Assembly: GCF_002105155.1 (NCBI RefSeq)
Contig: NW_019029006.1
Span: forward strand, 1 to 64,000
Length of the DNA stretch: 64,000 bases
From: Lobosporangium transversale
Lineage: Eukaryota
Direction of reading: 5' to 3'
Made by a program: the position numbers and the translations under genes. The notes under the pieces are model-generated. The model did no database searches. It saw nothing but the letters and a program-made list of their open reading frames with translations, and had not been told where the DNA came from. The number at the start of each line of letters is the position of its first letter. Position 1 is the stretch's first letter. This document shows, piece by piece, positions 1-12,600 of the stretch.

Positions 1-1525
1 CCCTAAATTTTGCAACAACGCTCACTGGCAGACTGGGACCAAACTTGAGTCTACAGTACATGTACATTTTTTCTTCTAAGTCGTACAAACGGTCTCTTTT
101 TTTTTTTTTGAGGCTAGTGATTTGGGTGTGTGTAAGTGATAAGCACACCCAATTTCAATATTGTGGCTATTAGCTGTTAAACACGCCCTGTTTATGCTGT
201 GTAACTTTGCGGCATCAACACAGTATCGACGCAGGGTGGTATCGGTGGTATCGACACCACAAGATATTGGCAAAGGTCATAAATAATATTATTTTAACGT
301 ACTCATTTTGAATAAATTATTTCAAAAAATAAAAAAAAACCGCAAAGACATGTGTCATTTAAAACATGGAATAATATGCATTTTTGTGTTCATGGCTTCC
401 TAGCGAGGACTATCCCTCGGAACAAATGCTGCTCGCTCTTTTGGTTAGACCTTTTCAATTATAATACAAAGCTGCATGAGCACACTTCGATCAGGGCGGT
501 ATCCCTTGGATAGTAGAACGGGCAAATATGCCCATTTAGCTTTCATCAACTCATGGGCATGTCGGGTCCAGTTCCTACGAGAAGAAAACAGCCAGCTATT
601 GGATTCTTGCCACCCATATGAGGCTACATGTACGATACGTAGGAGCAAAGCTAGTGTTCCGGGCTCTCGATTTGCATACCAAGGATGCAAACAAAAAAAT
701 CAGCAAGGATCAATCAGCAAAATCAGTAAAAATCAATCAGTAGAAAATCATTAAAATCACTTATTAAGCTTGTCATCACGATGCCACTACTGCGCATTTC
801 CCAACTTTCACCTTCTTCTACCCAGATTAAAGATGAATAAGTGTCTATCTCTATTGTTCTCTGCCTCCTTCTTGACTTCTTTTTTGCTAGAGATGTGTTG
901 CCGAGCCAGTTCCCATACTGGTCTGAAAAATATTATAAAAATAAAAAAAATAAAAAATGATTGAATGCAGGCTCACATTGCTAGGATATGTGGCGGTGTT
1001 GGCATTCATAGATCTTTTGCCAGCACACGTTGCCACCATACCAACCGCATCAGCTTCTTGGAATATGGTGTCAAAAATACTGGTGGGAAGTGCCTTGCGC
1101 ATATGGGATCTCAAATATGACCCAAGTTTAAACCCATCACAGCAGTAGCGAGGACTGTGAGGAATTTCCGCGTTAGCCCCGCGAAGCGCCAGAGAAAACA
1201 ATTATTGGGGAGATCGACTCTCCCTTCACACCTTCACAGGTTTTTAAGTGAAAAGATCATAGTTTTCATATGCTCGAGCAATACCACTCTTCTGCCCATG
1301 AAAATTTGGCTAATTTCGACTTGTAACAAATCAAGGGACTTGCCACAATATTGAAATTGGTGACTGCTGGGGTATGTTTATACTGGCCTCCACTAGAAAT
1401 TTAAAAATGTTGACCCCCAAGTTTGGTAGCCTGTCAGTGTTTGGTGGGTCACAATATGATGGGAAAAAGGGTTTCACTTTCTTTTTGCTCCCTTCACTTC
1501 ATTTTCACTTTGCAATTGAATTGAC

Positions 1526-4500
1526 ATGGCTCATTTGCCCACACGGTCATTTCAGGCCTACCAGGTCTTTGCCGCCAACACTAATGTTGGGAAGACTATT
1601 CTCTCAACAGGCCTCGTCCGTGCCGCTGCAGCCTTGTCGATCGGTGCAGATAAACAAAAGAAGACTAAAGCCTTTTATCTGAAGCCTGTTCAAACCGGAT
1701 ATCCTGTTGACTGTGATGCAAGGCACGTTCCATTTCTGCTTTTGTGCGAGCTGTCTTTGTTTCATAAATGATAACCTTTTATTTTCTAGAATAGACATGT
1801 AAAAGCATATGCACCTCTTGTAGAGACTAGTCGGCTATATGCTTATCCTGACCCAGTCAGCCCTCATATCGCTACTACTGAGGTAAAACACATCAGATTG
1901 TCTTTGCTGGGGAAAGAGCTGAAATGATTTGGTCAGTCACGGTGACTGAAGATCTACATCTACTATTCTGCTGACAATTGATGAGTACCTGGTTCTAAAA
2001 AATAATAATAATATACTCATCTTTTTCTTGAAATGGTAGCCTCCACCAGACTCAGAGGTTCTTCAGGCAACAATCAATGCACTGCGCACATTCAAGCAGA
2101 CTTTGGGACCATCTGATAAAGGATGGGCATTACTCGAAACTGCAGGAGGTAAAAGGAAATAAGATCATAGCATCCTATCAGAATGCAAGCCGATCCGGTG
2201 ATATCGGAAATGTACTTTACATATTACCAGATCCCCAAACACATAGGCTTTTCTTTTTCTTCCTTTTCAATCAACTTTCTCTTCCTTTAGCCTCACACTC
2301 TCTGCACGTTTAATATTTTTAGCTTTCATCTATCCGTCTCATCCTTTCAACTGGAATATTTGAATTCTAATTTTTTGTTTGACCCCGATCTTTAATTTCG
2401 TCACCATGTATAGGTGTTAATAGCCCCATTATGTCGGGAGAGCTGCAGTCCAGGTTCTATCGGCCATTGCGGCTGCCTACAGTTTTGGTGGGTGATAGCC
2501 ATTTGGGCGGGATCTCTACGACATTGACATCTTATGAATCCCTGCATCAATACGGATACGACATCCCTGCATTGCTACTCTTTGAAAACACTTGTCGGAA
2601 CGACCAGTTCTTGTATAGACACATCCTCAAATTGACAGCGACAGAGGCAAAGGAGAACAGGCCCATTATCTATGCGATGCCTCCGCCTCCACAGAAATTA
2701 GCCGATCCAAAGGAAGATGCAGAGCAACTGCAAGAATATTACGAGCAAACTGAGGATCATTTCCGACAAGTGGTTGAGGCGCTGGGTCAATATCATCATC
2801 AACGGCTAGATCGGTTGGAATCTCTGGCTGACAAAGCCCGGACTTCGATTTGGTGGCCGTTCACACAGCACCAGACTGTTAAGGAGGTGACTGTAATCGA
2901 TTCAGCATATGGAGATATCATGACCACATATCTGGAATCCAAAAAAGATACCCAATCAATTGGTACATCCACACAAAATGTGACAGTAGCGAATGAGAGT
3001 GATGGCGGGAGGCAGTGGAAATGGAAGGAGATGTTTGACGGATGCGCCAGTTGGTGGACCCAGGGGTTGGGCCATGGATCACCCGAATTGACGCAGTCGG
3101 CCGCTTATGCTGCAGGTCGCTATGGACATGTCATGTTCCCGGAATGTGCGCATGAACCTGCTGTCAAGTTGACGGAGACACTACTTGAGACCGTTGGAGA
3201 TGGCTGGGCCTCTCGTGTATTTTTCTCTGATAACGGCAGTACAGCCGTTGAGGTGGCACTCAAGATGGCATTAAAGGCTAGTCAGGATCGGTATATAGAT
3301 CTAGGTCAAGCTACAGGGCAGGTGGAGGTGATTGGTATCGACGGTGGATACCATGGTGATACTATTGGAGCAATGAACGCATGTTCACCAAATCTGTACA
3401 ATGCCCAAGTGACTTGGTATAAATCCCATGGTCATTGGTTCAACCCTCCTACAGTGTTGTTTAAGGATTCTCATTTCCAGGTCACTGTTCCTGCAGAGAT
3501 GACCAAGGATGGGGCCCCTCTTAAGGTTTCGATCGACAATTTGTCATCTGTGTTCTCCAAATCTCCTCTCTCCTCATCAATGCCATCATGTAGCAATGGT
3601 CAAGATCCTCGATTAAAGATTTACCGTACTCATATCCGAGAGACGTTAACCAGGCTGACACAAAAAGAGAAAAGATCATTTGGAGCCTTGCTAATGGAGC
3701 CAGTCCTGATGGGTGCTGGTGGCATGGTCTGGGTGGACCCTCTCTTCCAAAGATGCCTTGTCGAGGAAGTGAGAGCCTTCAAGGGGTTTGGAACCGAGAT
3801 TTCACCCGTCAAAAATCCACATGTCCCTGCTAAGAACAACTGGAAGGGACTCCCAGTGGTGTTTGATGAGGTCTTTACTGGGTGCTGGCGTTTGGGCCGT
3901 AAATCTGCAGCAGACATGCTGCAAGTGGTAAGAAAACTTTTTATTTTTATTTTTTAGTATGTGGAACAACCTACTGGCAGCTAATCACTTTTTTCACTCA
4001 TTTATTTTATTTTCATTTTTATTTTTTTTAAAAAAAAAAGGATCCCGACATTGCTGCATACGCGAAGCTCCTCACTGGTGGTCTGATCTCACTGGCAACT
4101 ACGCTGACTAGTGATGCAATTTTCAACAACTTTTTGAGTGAAACCAAGACAGACGCACTTTTGCACGGTCACTCATATACCGCACACCCTATTGGATGTG
4201 CAGTCGCCAACACCAGTCTTCAGGCATACCGTTTAATGGAATCTCATGGCGACGCAGATCAAGCTCGTCAGGACTGGGGGGCTGCACCGTATGGAGAACA
4301 GGGCATCTGGTGTTCGTGGAATCAAAAGGTTGTCAATAAGATCTCAAAGATGAAGCATGTTGCTGGTGTTGTGCCCCTTGGAAGCGTCTTGGCAATCCAG
4401 ATGCAGGAGCTCGATGGCCCTTCAGGCTATGCGTCCTTGGTCTCGCAAAAAGTGCAATCCAAACTGAGAGAGAAGGAGCATGAAGATAGTGAGATAGAGG

Positions 4501-4622
4501 TAGCCATCTTTGGACGACCCTTGGGAAATGTTGTCTACATGATTGCATCCCAAGTATCGACCCGAGAACAGTTGGCTAAAGTAGAGAATATCCTTCTTAG
4601 AGTCTTGGAGAGCCAAATTTAA
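1526..4622 (+). CDS. BIO3-BIO1: Bifunctional dethiobiotin synthetase / 7,8-diaminopelargonate aminotransferase (BioDA), ~829 aa; exons 1526-1722, 1795-1882, 2040-2148, 2414-3927, 4041-4622
   Basis: BioD motifs FAANTNVGKT, YLKPVQTG, PVSPH, LETAGG, LGGISTT. BioA class-III aminotransferase motifs WWPFTQH, FDGCASWWTQGLGHG, FSDNGSTAVEVALKMA, YHGDTIGAM, FDEVFTG, PDIAAYAKLLTGG (PLP Lys), HGHSYTAHP. Splicing keeps frame; intron 1 is best read as GC-AG. Confidence 0.95.
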
Positions 4623-4859
4623 TCGTTTCATACAACTACCGGGAACATATTTAGAAATCGTACACAATCATTTATAGACCTTATCTCCATATGTTCATTG
4701 ATAACGAATTATAAACTCTTTAGCTTTGATGTTTTTTCCCTATAACTCAAGGGGTAGCATTGTGTTTACTTCTTAGCCAGTTGTTCGTTTATTATTTATT
4801 GACAACCTTCTCTAGCACATTTTTCAGTGCAGTGCCTGCATTGTTAAATCGCACTAGAA

Positions 4860-4862
<3 letters not shown>

Positions 4863-4889
<27 letters not shown>
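4863..4889. repeat. (TAT)n trinucleotide microsatellite
   Basis: About 9 tandem TAT units, read directly. Confidence 0.9.
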
Positions 4890-4890
<1 letters not shown>

Positions 4891-5394
4891 TGGAAGGGGG
4901 ATGTTGGATGCGAAAGGATTGTTTTGATATTGAATGAATCAGAACTCTAGGATTCTGACGCCTCTGGACTTTTGGCCAGCAAAGGCGCACTTCTCGCGCT
5001 CGCTGCCAATTTTATCTTTTTATAAAAAAAAGAATTATGTAGGGACCAAATAAAAGTTTTTGAGGAGGTAGTTTAATGATCTCCCCAGCCAAAGCAAAAT
5101 ATCAAATGTTGCAATGTTTACACCAATTTTTTCATGATGAAACAGATGCTGCGCGCTTTTTCTTGCGTTCAGCAAAAAAAGAAAAATTATGCAATTGTTT
5201 GTGCGGCATTTTATTTGGCGCTAAAAAGAGTGCGGCGTTGGATTTTGGCGTCCTTGACTTGAGTTGCCACCAAATCCGAGTGCAATATGAAGGAAACCTT
5301 CCTATAGAATTTGTTCACAAACAACAGTAATGGTGCTATGTAGTCGATGCGCTTTTTGGCAAGAAGTGCCACCAAATGTCAACACTTTAAAAGC

Positions 5395-5426
<32 letters not shown>

Positions 5427-5494
5427 CGTTTCAATACGATCCTCAATCTTTCTCAAAACACCGTTACATTTAGTCTTACACATACTACACAATC

Positions 5495-6556
5495 ATGACA
5501 CCACAGCCTGAAAAAAGACCAAAGATTAGTTACAAGTCTGAGAACCCATCCTTTACTTCCTACGAGAAGACTCGTCTTCTGGAGGAGACAGATGAAAAGG
5601 ATTTGCACTATACATTCCTTTACTGGGACATCGCATCTGTTGGGTCCACATCAAGAGATATCCTTTATTATGGTAAAGCCAACTTCACTCTTCAGTCCCC
5701 TTCAGTAAGTAAATTGTAAACGAAAAAGAAAAAAAAAAAAAAAAAAAAAAAAAACGAAAAACGAAAAACGAAAAAGCACCAATGAAAGCTGATCTTTATT
5801 AACGTGGCTGTAATCATGCTTCAGGAAGATGAATGGAATTCAGGCAAAGTCTATACTGCTTTCTCTTTCTTGCCTATGCTGAAGATCACGGCTCCAAATG
5901 GGAAGGTAATTATCCAAACCATTGAAGAAAAAATAAAAATAAAAAAAAATGACCAGTTTGCCATCACTATGTTATATGTTTTAATATCGTGCTAAGCTCC
6001 TTTCCTTTTTTTTTTTTTTTTTACATCCCAGACTCTTGACTTATCGGAATCTATGGTTATTGACGTGTTTTTGGCAGAGAGGTTTGGCCTCCTTGGCGAG
6101 AACAAATGGGAATCTTTGACGATCCAGTCGTTCTATTCAAGCATCCACTATTTGCGGGAGCGTACTTTCTCTGAAGTTGCTGATGTCCCCAAAGAACATC
6201 GCAAGCGCACTCGTGACACCTTTCTGTCGTACACTTTGAAGCGATTCCTTGAGGATCACGAGTTCCATTTAAAAGAGAACGGAAACAATGGTCATTATGT
6301 TGGTGACAAACTCTCGCTTGCGGATCTCCATCTAGCTAACATCATCCACTTTTATACGACCCTTCCTTGGGGTCAGATGGCTATTGATGTCTTCAAAAAC
6401 TACGAAGCTGTTTGGAAGGTCAAGGAGACTGTTGACAAGGTCGAGGAGCTGAAAGCTTGGTATTCCTCAGATAAATTCAAACATTATGAGCAAGGCTCCA
6501 TTAAATGGTACGAACGTCTAGTGGTTCCTGGTGAGGAGAAGTCAAAGGAAGAGTAG
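5495..6556 (+). CDS. Glutathione S-transferase family protein, ~271 aa; exons 5495-5704, 5825-5905, 6032-6556
   Basis: Thioredoxin-like N-domain: YTFLYW..., cis-Pro LPMLKI, LSESMVI (equivalent to the QS-xx-I G-site motif). C-domain N-cap motif YVGDKLSLADL. GT-AG introns in phase 0. Confidence 0.85.
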
Positions 6557-6748
6557 AAGGGAAAATATGCATCGTGAACTAGGCTCAAGTTTTTTTCTTT
6601 CCTTGTAGCACTCTCGATGTAAACATGCACCTCGATTGACATTCGATTCAACTTGTTTATTTATTTATTTTTTATATACAAATGTTCATACAATAAATAT
6701 TAAAGTAAGTCTATGGGCAAATCCCTTTACTCTTTCTCCCATTTGCAT

Positions 6749-8917
6749 TCATTGAGTTTTTTTGAGGCTGTTGCTTGAAGATACCACAGCGACTCTGGTG
6801 CGGATAGGAAGTTTACGCACTTCAGGTAAGATTCTAGATGCCAAAATAGTGATCACCGCAACGATAACAGATGCTGCTCCGTAACAAACCAATGGTCCCG
6901 CACGCCAATACAAACTGCAAGCAGCAATTGGCCCTGCAGCACGTCCAAGCTGACCCCACGAGCGGAACCTTCCTAAAGCAAGACCTTTGCCAATCGGCTG
7001 AAGATCAGCTTTATTGTCACCCTTCGTGGCTTGTTCCGGAACACACTCATCCGATCCCATGTCGCATACAAGGCTTGCCAAACTGGTCAAACAATTAACA
7101 ACAGTCGCGCTAGTAATGGCAAGCCCAGTAGCTCCTACGTAAAGCCCCCACATCCTTGTTTTCCTTGACCATTCTTGGGCATTCAGCCAGAGAACAATAT
7201 CTCGGAACACTGACAGATCAAGCTTCTCCTCCAGTGCCGTTGGTTCGACAGAGCCCCCACTGGAAACAAGTGCAATGCATCCTAATCCAAGTGCGGCAGC
7301 AGCCATTCCTTGTAAGACCATCCGCTTCTCACCAACTTTATTAGCTTTTCGACGAACATAGCCGCCCTGGATCAAGGACGATAAAATCCCGATATAACCC
7401 AACAAAGCACCTTGTTGCATGTGGCTAAAGTCAAATAGGTGAAACGTCAGGAACGTTAATGTGAACTCCATCCCCGAGAAGAGAAACAGATGTGCAAAGT
7501 GTGTAAACGAGAGTCGAGCAAGATATTTATGCTGCAGCTGAACAATGGCCTTAGTATCCATGGTGATGGGCGCGGATAAACTTGCCGATCCATTACTGAG
7601 AGTGGCAGTAGCTGACGACACTGATCTGCCATTCCTTTCTGCACTGGCCTTCTTTTTCTCTTCCTCAATGGTCTGATGCACTGCCAATCTCCAACTTTCA
7701 GAATTTGTCTCTGGGAGCTTGGCGTACAAGTACAAACTCTCCACAGTCAACAGCACCATTGCCAATAGGGCTGATCCCGAGAATGGATGAAGACCGTATT
7801 GAGCCAATCCAGGAAAAACAGAAACGAGATCCTTATTGGCAAAGTAGGCGCCTAATGCTGGTCCAATCGTGAATGCGATCGCAAATGCAATTCCTACCAT
7901 AGCAAGTCCTTTTGAGCGTGTTGCGGGCGTGGTGATGTCAGAAATCATGGCGATAGATAGCTGAACATTACCCTCACTAAGGCCACCGATCACTCTGGAG
8001 AGCACAAAAAGCTCAAATGAGCGTGAGAAGAGCCAGACTCCACATGAAACCATGTTGCCAAGCTACTTAGATGAAAGCGGTTGTTGTAAATTTATGTTTG
8101 GTTAGAGGAAATCGCTGGGTAGGATGATCATGCGGCAGGTGCTCGTACACAGATCAACCTTAGGAGAAAAGATAAGGAGGAGAGCAAAAAGTCAGGCATA
8201 CCATGGTGATCAACAACACACGTCGTCTTCCAAGGACGTCCGAGAGCTTTCCTATGATAGGTGACGCAATAAATTGCAAAACGGAAAATAATGAGCCCAA
8301 AGCGCCTCCGAGAAGGACAATATCCATACGAGGTGGCCGCTTGACGGTTGATCCTTGGCTATCGTTCAATCCGACCATATTCTGGAAATCCGTGAGACGT
8401 GACAACGACCATGCAAGCAACGATGTCTTAATGTCATTATTAGAAGATAAGGAGATTATGAGTACGGGCAGAAGATTGAAACAAGGAAAAGTTAACTGCC
8501 TATCCCCGGCCACTCATTCCTAAGGTGAATTTCTGCATTCAGCAAAATGGACAAACTCCAATGAATGTAAAGTACTCCATTATGCTTCCTTGCCACAGTC
8601 TTCTTGTTCGATGAGGAAATGTCAATCCTGCTGATTTCAAAAACCCAGATGAATTTTTCCAATTGAATGACTGACAGACCATACAAAAAAATAAAATAAA
8701 ATAGAATAACAGCTCGACGGCATATAGAGGTTGTGGCGGACTCAATTCTTTCAATCATTACCTGATTGCCATGTTCACTATTGCGATAAAACTGAAGTAA
8801 TCTCGGAAAGAGCGGCAGGATGATAGTGAAGGCGAGAATGTCAAGCAGCAAGGCCGTAAATACGATCCTTGTGACTTGAGGGACGGACGCTTGAGCTGTC
8901 TTTGACTTTATTGCCAT
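6749..8917 (-). CDS. MFS transporter, MFSD10/TetA (DHA1)-like, ~564 aa; exons 8917-8762, 8426-8202, 8062-6749
   Basis: LLLDILAFTIILPLFP start; MFS motif A GKLSDVLGRRRVL; SRVIGGLSEGNVQLSIAMISDIT; FLFSGMEFTLTF; FRSWGQLGRAAGP; multiple hydrophobic helices. Confidence 0.9.
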
Positions 8918-9043
8918 GGGAGAATCTGGGTTGGTTTGGAAAAAAAAAGTCTGATGAGAGAAGGAGAGCAAAGGATAGTATAACGATGAAAAGGAGAAAA
9001 AGGAGAGGCAGCAAGAAAAAAAAACAGATAGATCGGAAACCAG

Positions 9044-9077
<34 letters not shown>

Positions 9078-9558
9078 ATTTAGGGTACCATCAGAAGGAA
9101 GCGATTGAAACCACGCTGGACTAAAATCAGATAAGTAAATTAAAGACAAGATGGAGATGCGGACAAAGTATCACAAGTGGATAAAAAAGAGATGGAGTTT
9201 AATTGAAGTACAACCTCCATGGTATGATACATGAAAATGTACCGCATGTGTTGGGTCGAGACCCTTTTCGAGATCAAATCAAGGACGATCTCAATTTTGG
9301 ACATGAACTCTGTGCTCGGATCTATTTTTCTATACATGGACAGATGTTTGATCTAAGGAACCAAGAATTAAAATCTATCGATTTATTATTTTTTTTTATT
9401 CTCGACAATCGTTTAGCAGATGTGAGTAAATTGAATTTCTTTCAGTAGTATTGATGAGCTTAATGAGATTGATGTAGCTTTGGCTTCATGTCCTTTCATA
9501 TCACCTGTAAAGGAATCATTTCAGCCTCAGTGAATCATACTGATGTACTAAACTGAAC

Positions 9559-9683
9559 ATACGAACAGAAGTATTTTGTCAGTGAATTTACTTTTGTTTT
9601 TCCTGTTTTTCCTGTTTTTCCGATGTTTAAGTAAAAAGAAAGTAAAAATAAGTAAAAGCAAATAAAAATACTCATGTTCGTAT
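9559..9683. mobile_element. Small inverted-repeat-bounded element (MITE-like candidate)
   Basis: ATACGAACAGAAGTATTTT (9559-9577) matches the reverse complement of AAAATACTCATGTTCGTAT (9665-9683) at 17/19 positions. AT-rich interior with short tandem TTTTTCCTG units. Confidence 0.4.
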
Positions 9684-12600
9684 AGATCCAAACTGTTCAA
9701 TTCTTGTGTGGCGTGGAGGGAGACATAATTTAATTATGACCACATAACCTTTTTACCGAACTGTTGGGATATGTATTGACGTTCTCTGCATAAATGCCTC
9801 CTCTATTTGCACCCTCACAGACTTAAATTTTCAAGAGAAAAGCAAATTATGCACGTCAACCATTTTACTTAGCCCATCTCCACATTTAAAGGGGGATGAA
9901 CTGCACAACAGAAAAGACTTCATGTATTTGCATTTGATCCTGCAACTTGATACCAATTTCTGGGGAAATAGAGTACGCGACGCGAATGAGTAGAATGATT
10001 TCATTCGACATTACAAAAAATGCTTCACACACAACGAAGTCTTTCAGATGCATCTCTTTCCTGCGAATTGATGTGATTTGAAGTTTTATTTTTGTAAACC
10101 TACGCGGTGAAAAATGAATTACACTCTACAGCAGCCTTTCAGCCATGTTCAGCATTGACATTTTCTTTACAACTAATCGTCTCCTTTGTCCTACTCGCGC
10201 CCATAATTTTGTTTGGCAATCAGCCTCGTGCTATTTACTATCATCGGTACTTTTATGCCGAGTATTCGATCGAAATAGATATGATCGAGGAAATATTTAC
10301 CATGTTAATAATAAAAACAGTAACAAGTAGTGTTATGAAAGTATATTTTCTCCACTTTGTATTCAACAATCTTCAGTTGCTCTTTTTGCCATTCCTTCTT
10401 TCATTTTTATTTGCTTATATTGATCCCCTCGATCCATGCTCAAGATGCTCATGCATATTCTACTGCATTGTATGGTGGTCAAAGCATAACTGACCCTGAG
10501 ATGACACAGTAGTTTATTATAACCAGTTTTAATATGCACTATTAAAAGCAATCTTGGTAATAAACAATGCAAAGACAAAGGACGTTATTCTTTCCTTCAT
10601 ACTGTTTTTCAATAATGTATAGCACCATCTCCATTATTAACACCAAATGATGTTTCAATGATAGAATCCACACCCACTTGTTCATACAAATATATTCGAA
10701 CTATAGCTGCGTCAAAGTTATCTCGAAAGCCAAAACATGTTACTCGTGAACCAGTTGTCCTTAAGGACAAAAAAAAAAGACTGTTAATTAAACAGGTTGT
10801 TTCTGTGGATTGTCATGGTTTATTAACCATCACTAATAAAAACAAAAAGCAATGCCATGTGGGCACTCAGAAAAAAAAATAAAAAAAAGTATGAGCATTG
10901 GGCAACGATCGAAAAAGAAAAAAAAAAAAAAGATTGTTTATTTTGTGGCCATGCTTTCTACTAAGCCCACCCTAGGTTTATAAATTTATTTTTCACGCTG
11001 GATGCTATGAGTCAACTTATCGTTTACCAAGATGCTTACCGCAAGACGCTGGGCAGGTTTTTTCTCAAATGGATGATTCCTTTCTTTTCAAGGGAATGTG
11101 TATTGAGCGCGAACGGCAAAAATGTATCCACCAAGGTATATAAACATGTGTCTTTAAAACTGTTGTGCAACGAGGTTTTTCTTGATCGGAAACTTTGCCT
11201 TGGTCACAAAAAAAGATCAAAAAATCAAATTACGCGCCTTCAACAGATGTTTATAGCTTTGACAAAACGGCTCTTTTTTTTTTTTTTTTAAAAAAAAAAA
11301 AAATAATAATAATTAACACTGTATGCCATTGTGATGGCGATCGCCTCGTGCACCAAGAGTGAATCGCCCTCAGTGAACTCAATTGAAAAGGCTGCATGCA
11401 CAGATTCTATAAGAGCAATGCCTGATCGTGATCGGGGCAAAAGGTTCAGTTACTGTCTTCAAAGTTGTGTTACAACATAGTAAAGATGCACACAAGACAC
11501 ATGTTTATTTTTTACTTAAAAAAGGTCGGTGCTTAATTCTTCCATGAGACGAAACTTACCAAGACGGTGAAGCTGATCATGGCAAAATGAAGGCAAGGGA
11601 TAATGATAGCAACAGCAAACTGTCTTTGAACGAGGAGGTTTCTTTACTTGCCATGTTCCACTGCTCTTATTTTATTTGATCGTCCATTCCAATATCTGGA
11701 GAGCTAAAAGCATTCCGCGGACATCACCTTAATTAATAAAACATTGTAGTTGTTACATTTTATCTTACTAACAGCAGTAAGATGTTGAAAACTCCACAAT
11801 GTTTTGTGACCCTGTGGCGTGAGAGGAAACTGCAGTGAATACATTCACATTTAATTGGATCGGTTGCAAAGCTGAAGGAGCAAAAGACAAAGAGATAAGG
11901 TTACATCCGATTGTTCTTTGCTATTCTCTGCTTTGTTTCTCTCATATCAATAATTCCGTGCGTACCTTCTATAGCTGACAGTCTATTATATAACTATATA
12001 CAATATTCCAACCGCAACGAATGTAAATAGGTATTCAGGATGGTCGGGTGCGCAGTTCTTGATGCCTTGCAGGAATGTAGCAGCATGAGGTAGAATTGCT
12101 GGCCCAACCATGTGGCACAAAAAAGGGAAAAGAGCATTTCTTTCCTTCATATCAAGTTGTGGGATGAGGCACAGCGCTCTCCAATGAGAGACTTGATTAC
12201 TACTTTATGATGACATTTGATTTGAGATGATAAGTCGATACAAAGAAAAGGCTCTGAGGAGAAGCAACAGAAGTCGCTTAAAGCTATTAAGGAAACCTAG
12301 CATTCATGATTATAAAGAGGTAAGCGCCTGGTTGCGACTGGAGGATATGTGTCTATTCATTATACCGCTAGTAAAATAATGTGATTGTTTCCTGCCCTAT
12401 CCCTAATTTCTGATAACACTTCAATAGCTCTTCACAAGAACTATTTTCTGATGAATCTTAATCAAAGCGTTTGTTGATAGATGGCATAAATAACTCCTGC
12501 CTGCTCTGATGATGGGTTATGTATTGCATTGTGCTCAATCGCACTTTCGTACTTTGTAAGCATACTGAGCGCATAGAATACAGCGATGAAAATGATCTAC

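Noticed and set aside
5658..5666. ATATCCTTT, a perfect U12 AT-AC donor look-alike
   Set aside because: It lies in GST coding sequence (RDILYY) that fits the family, and a canonical GTAAGT donor follows at 5705.
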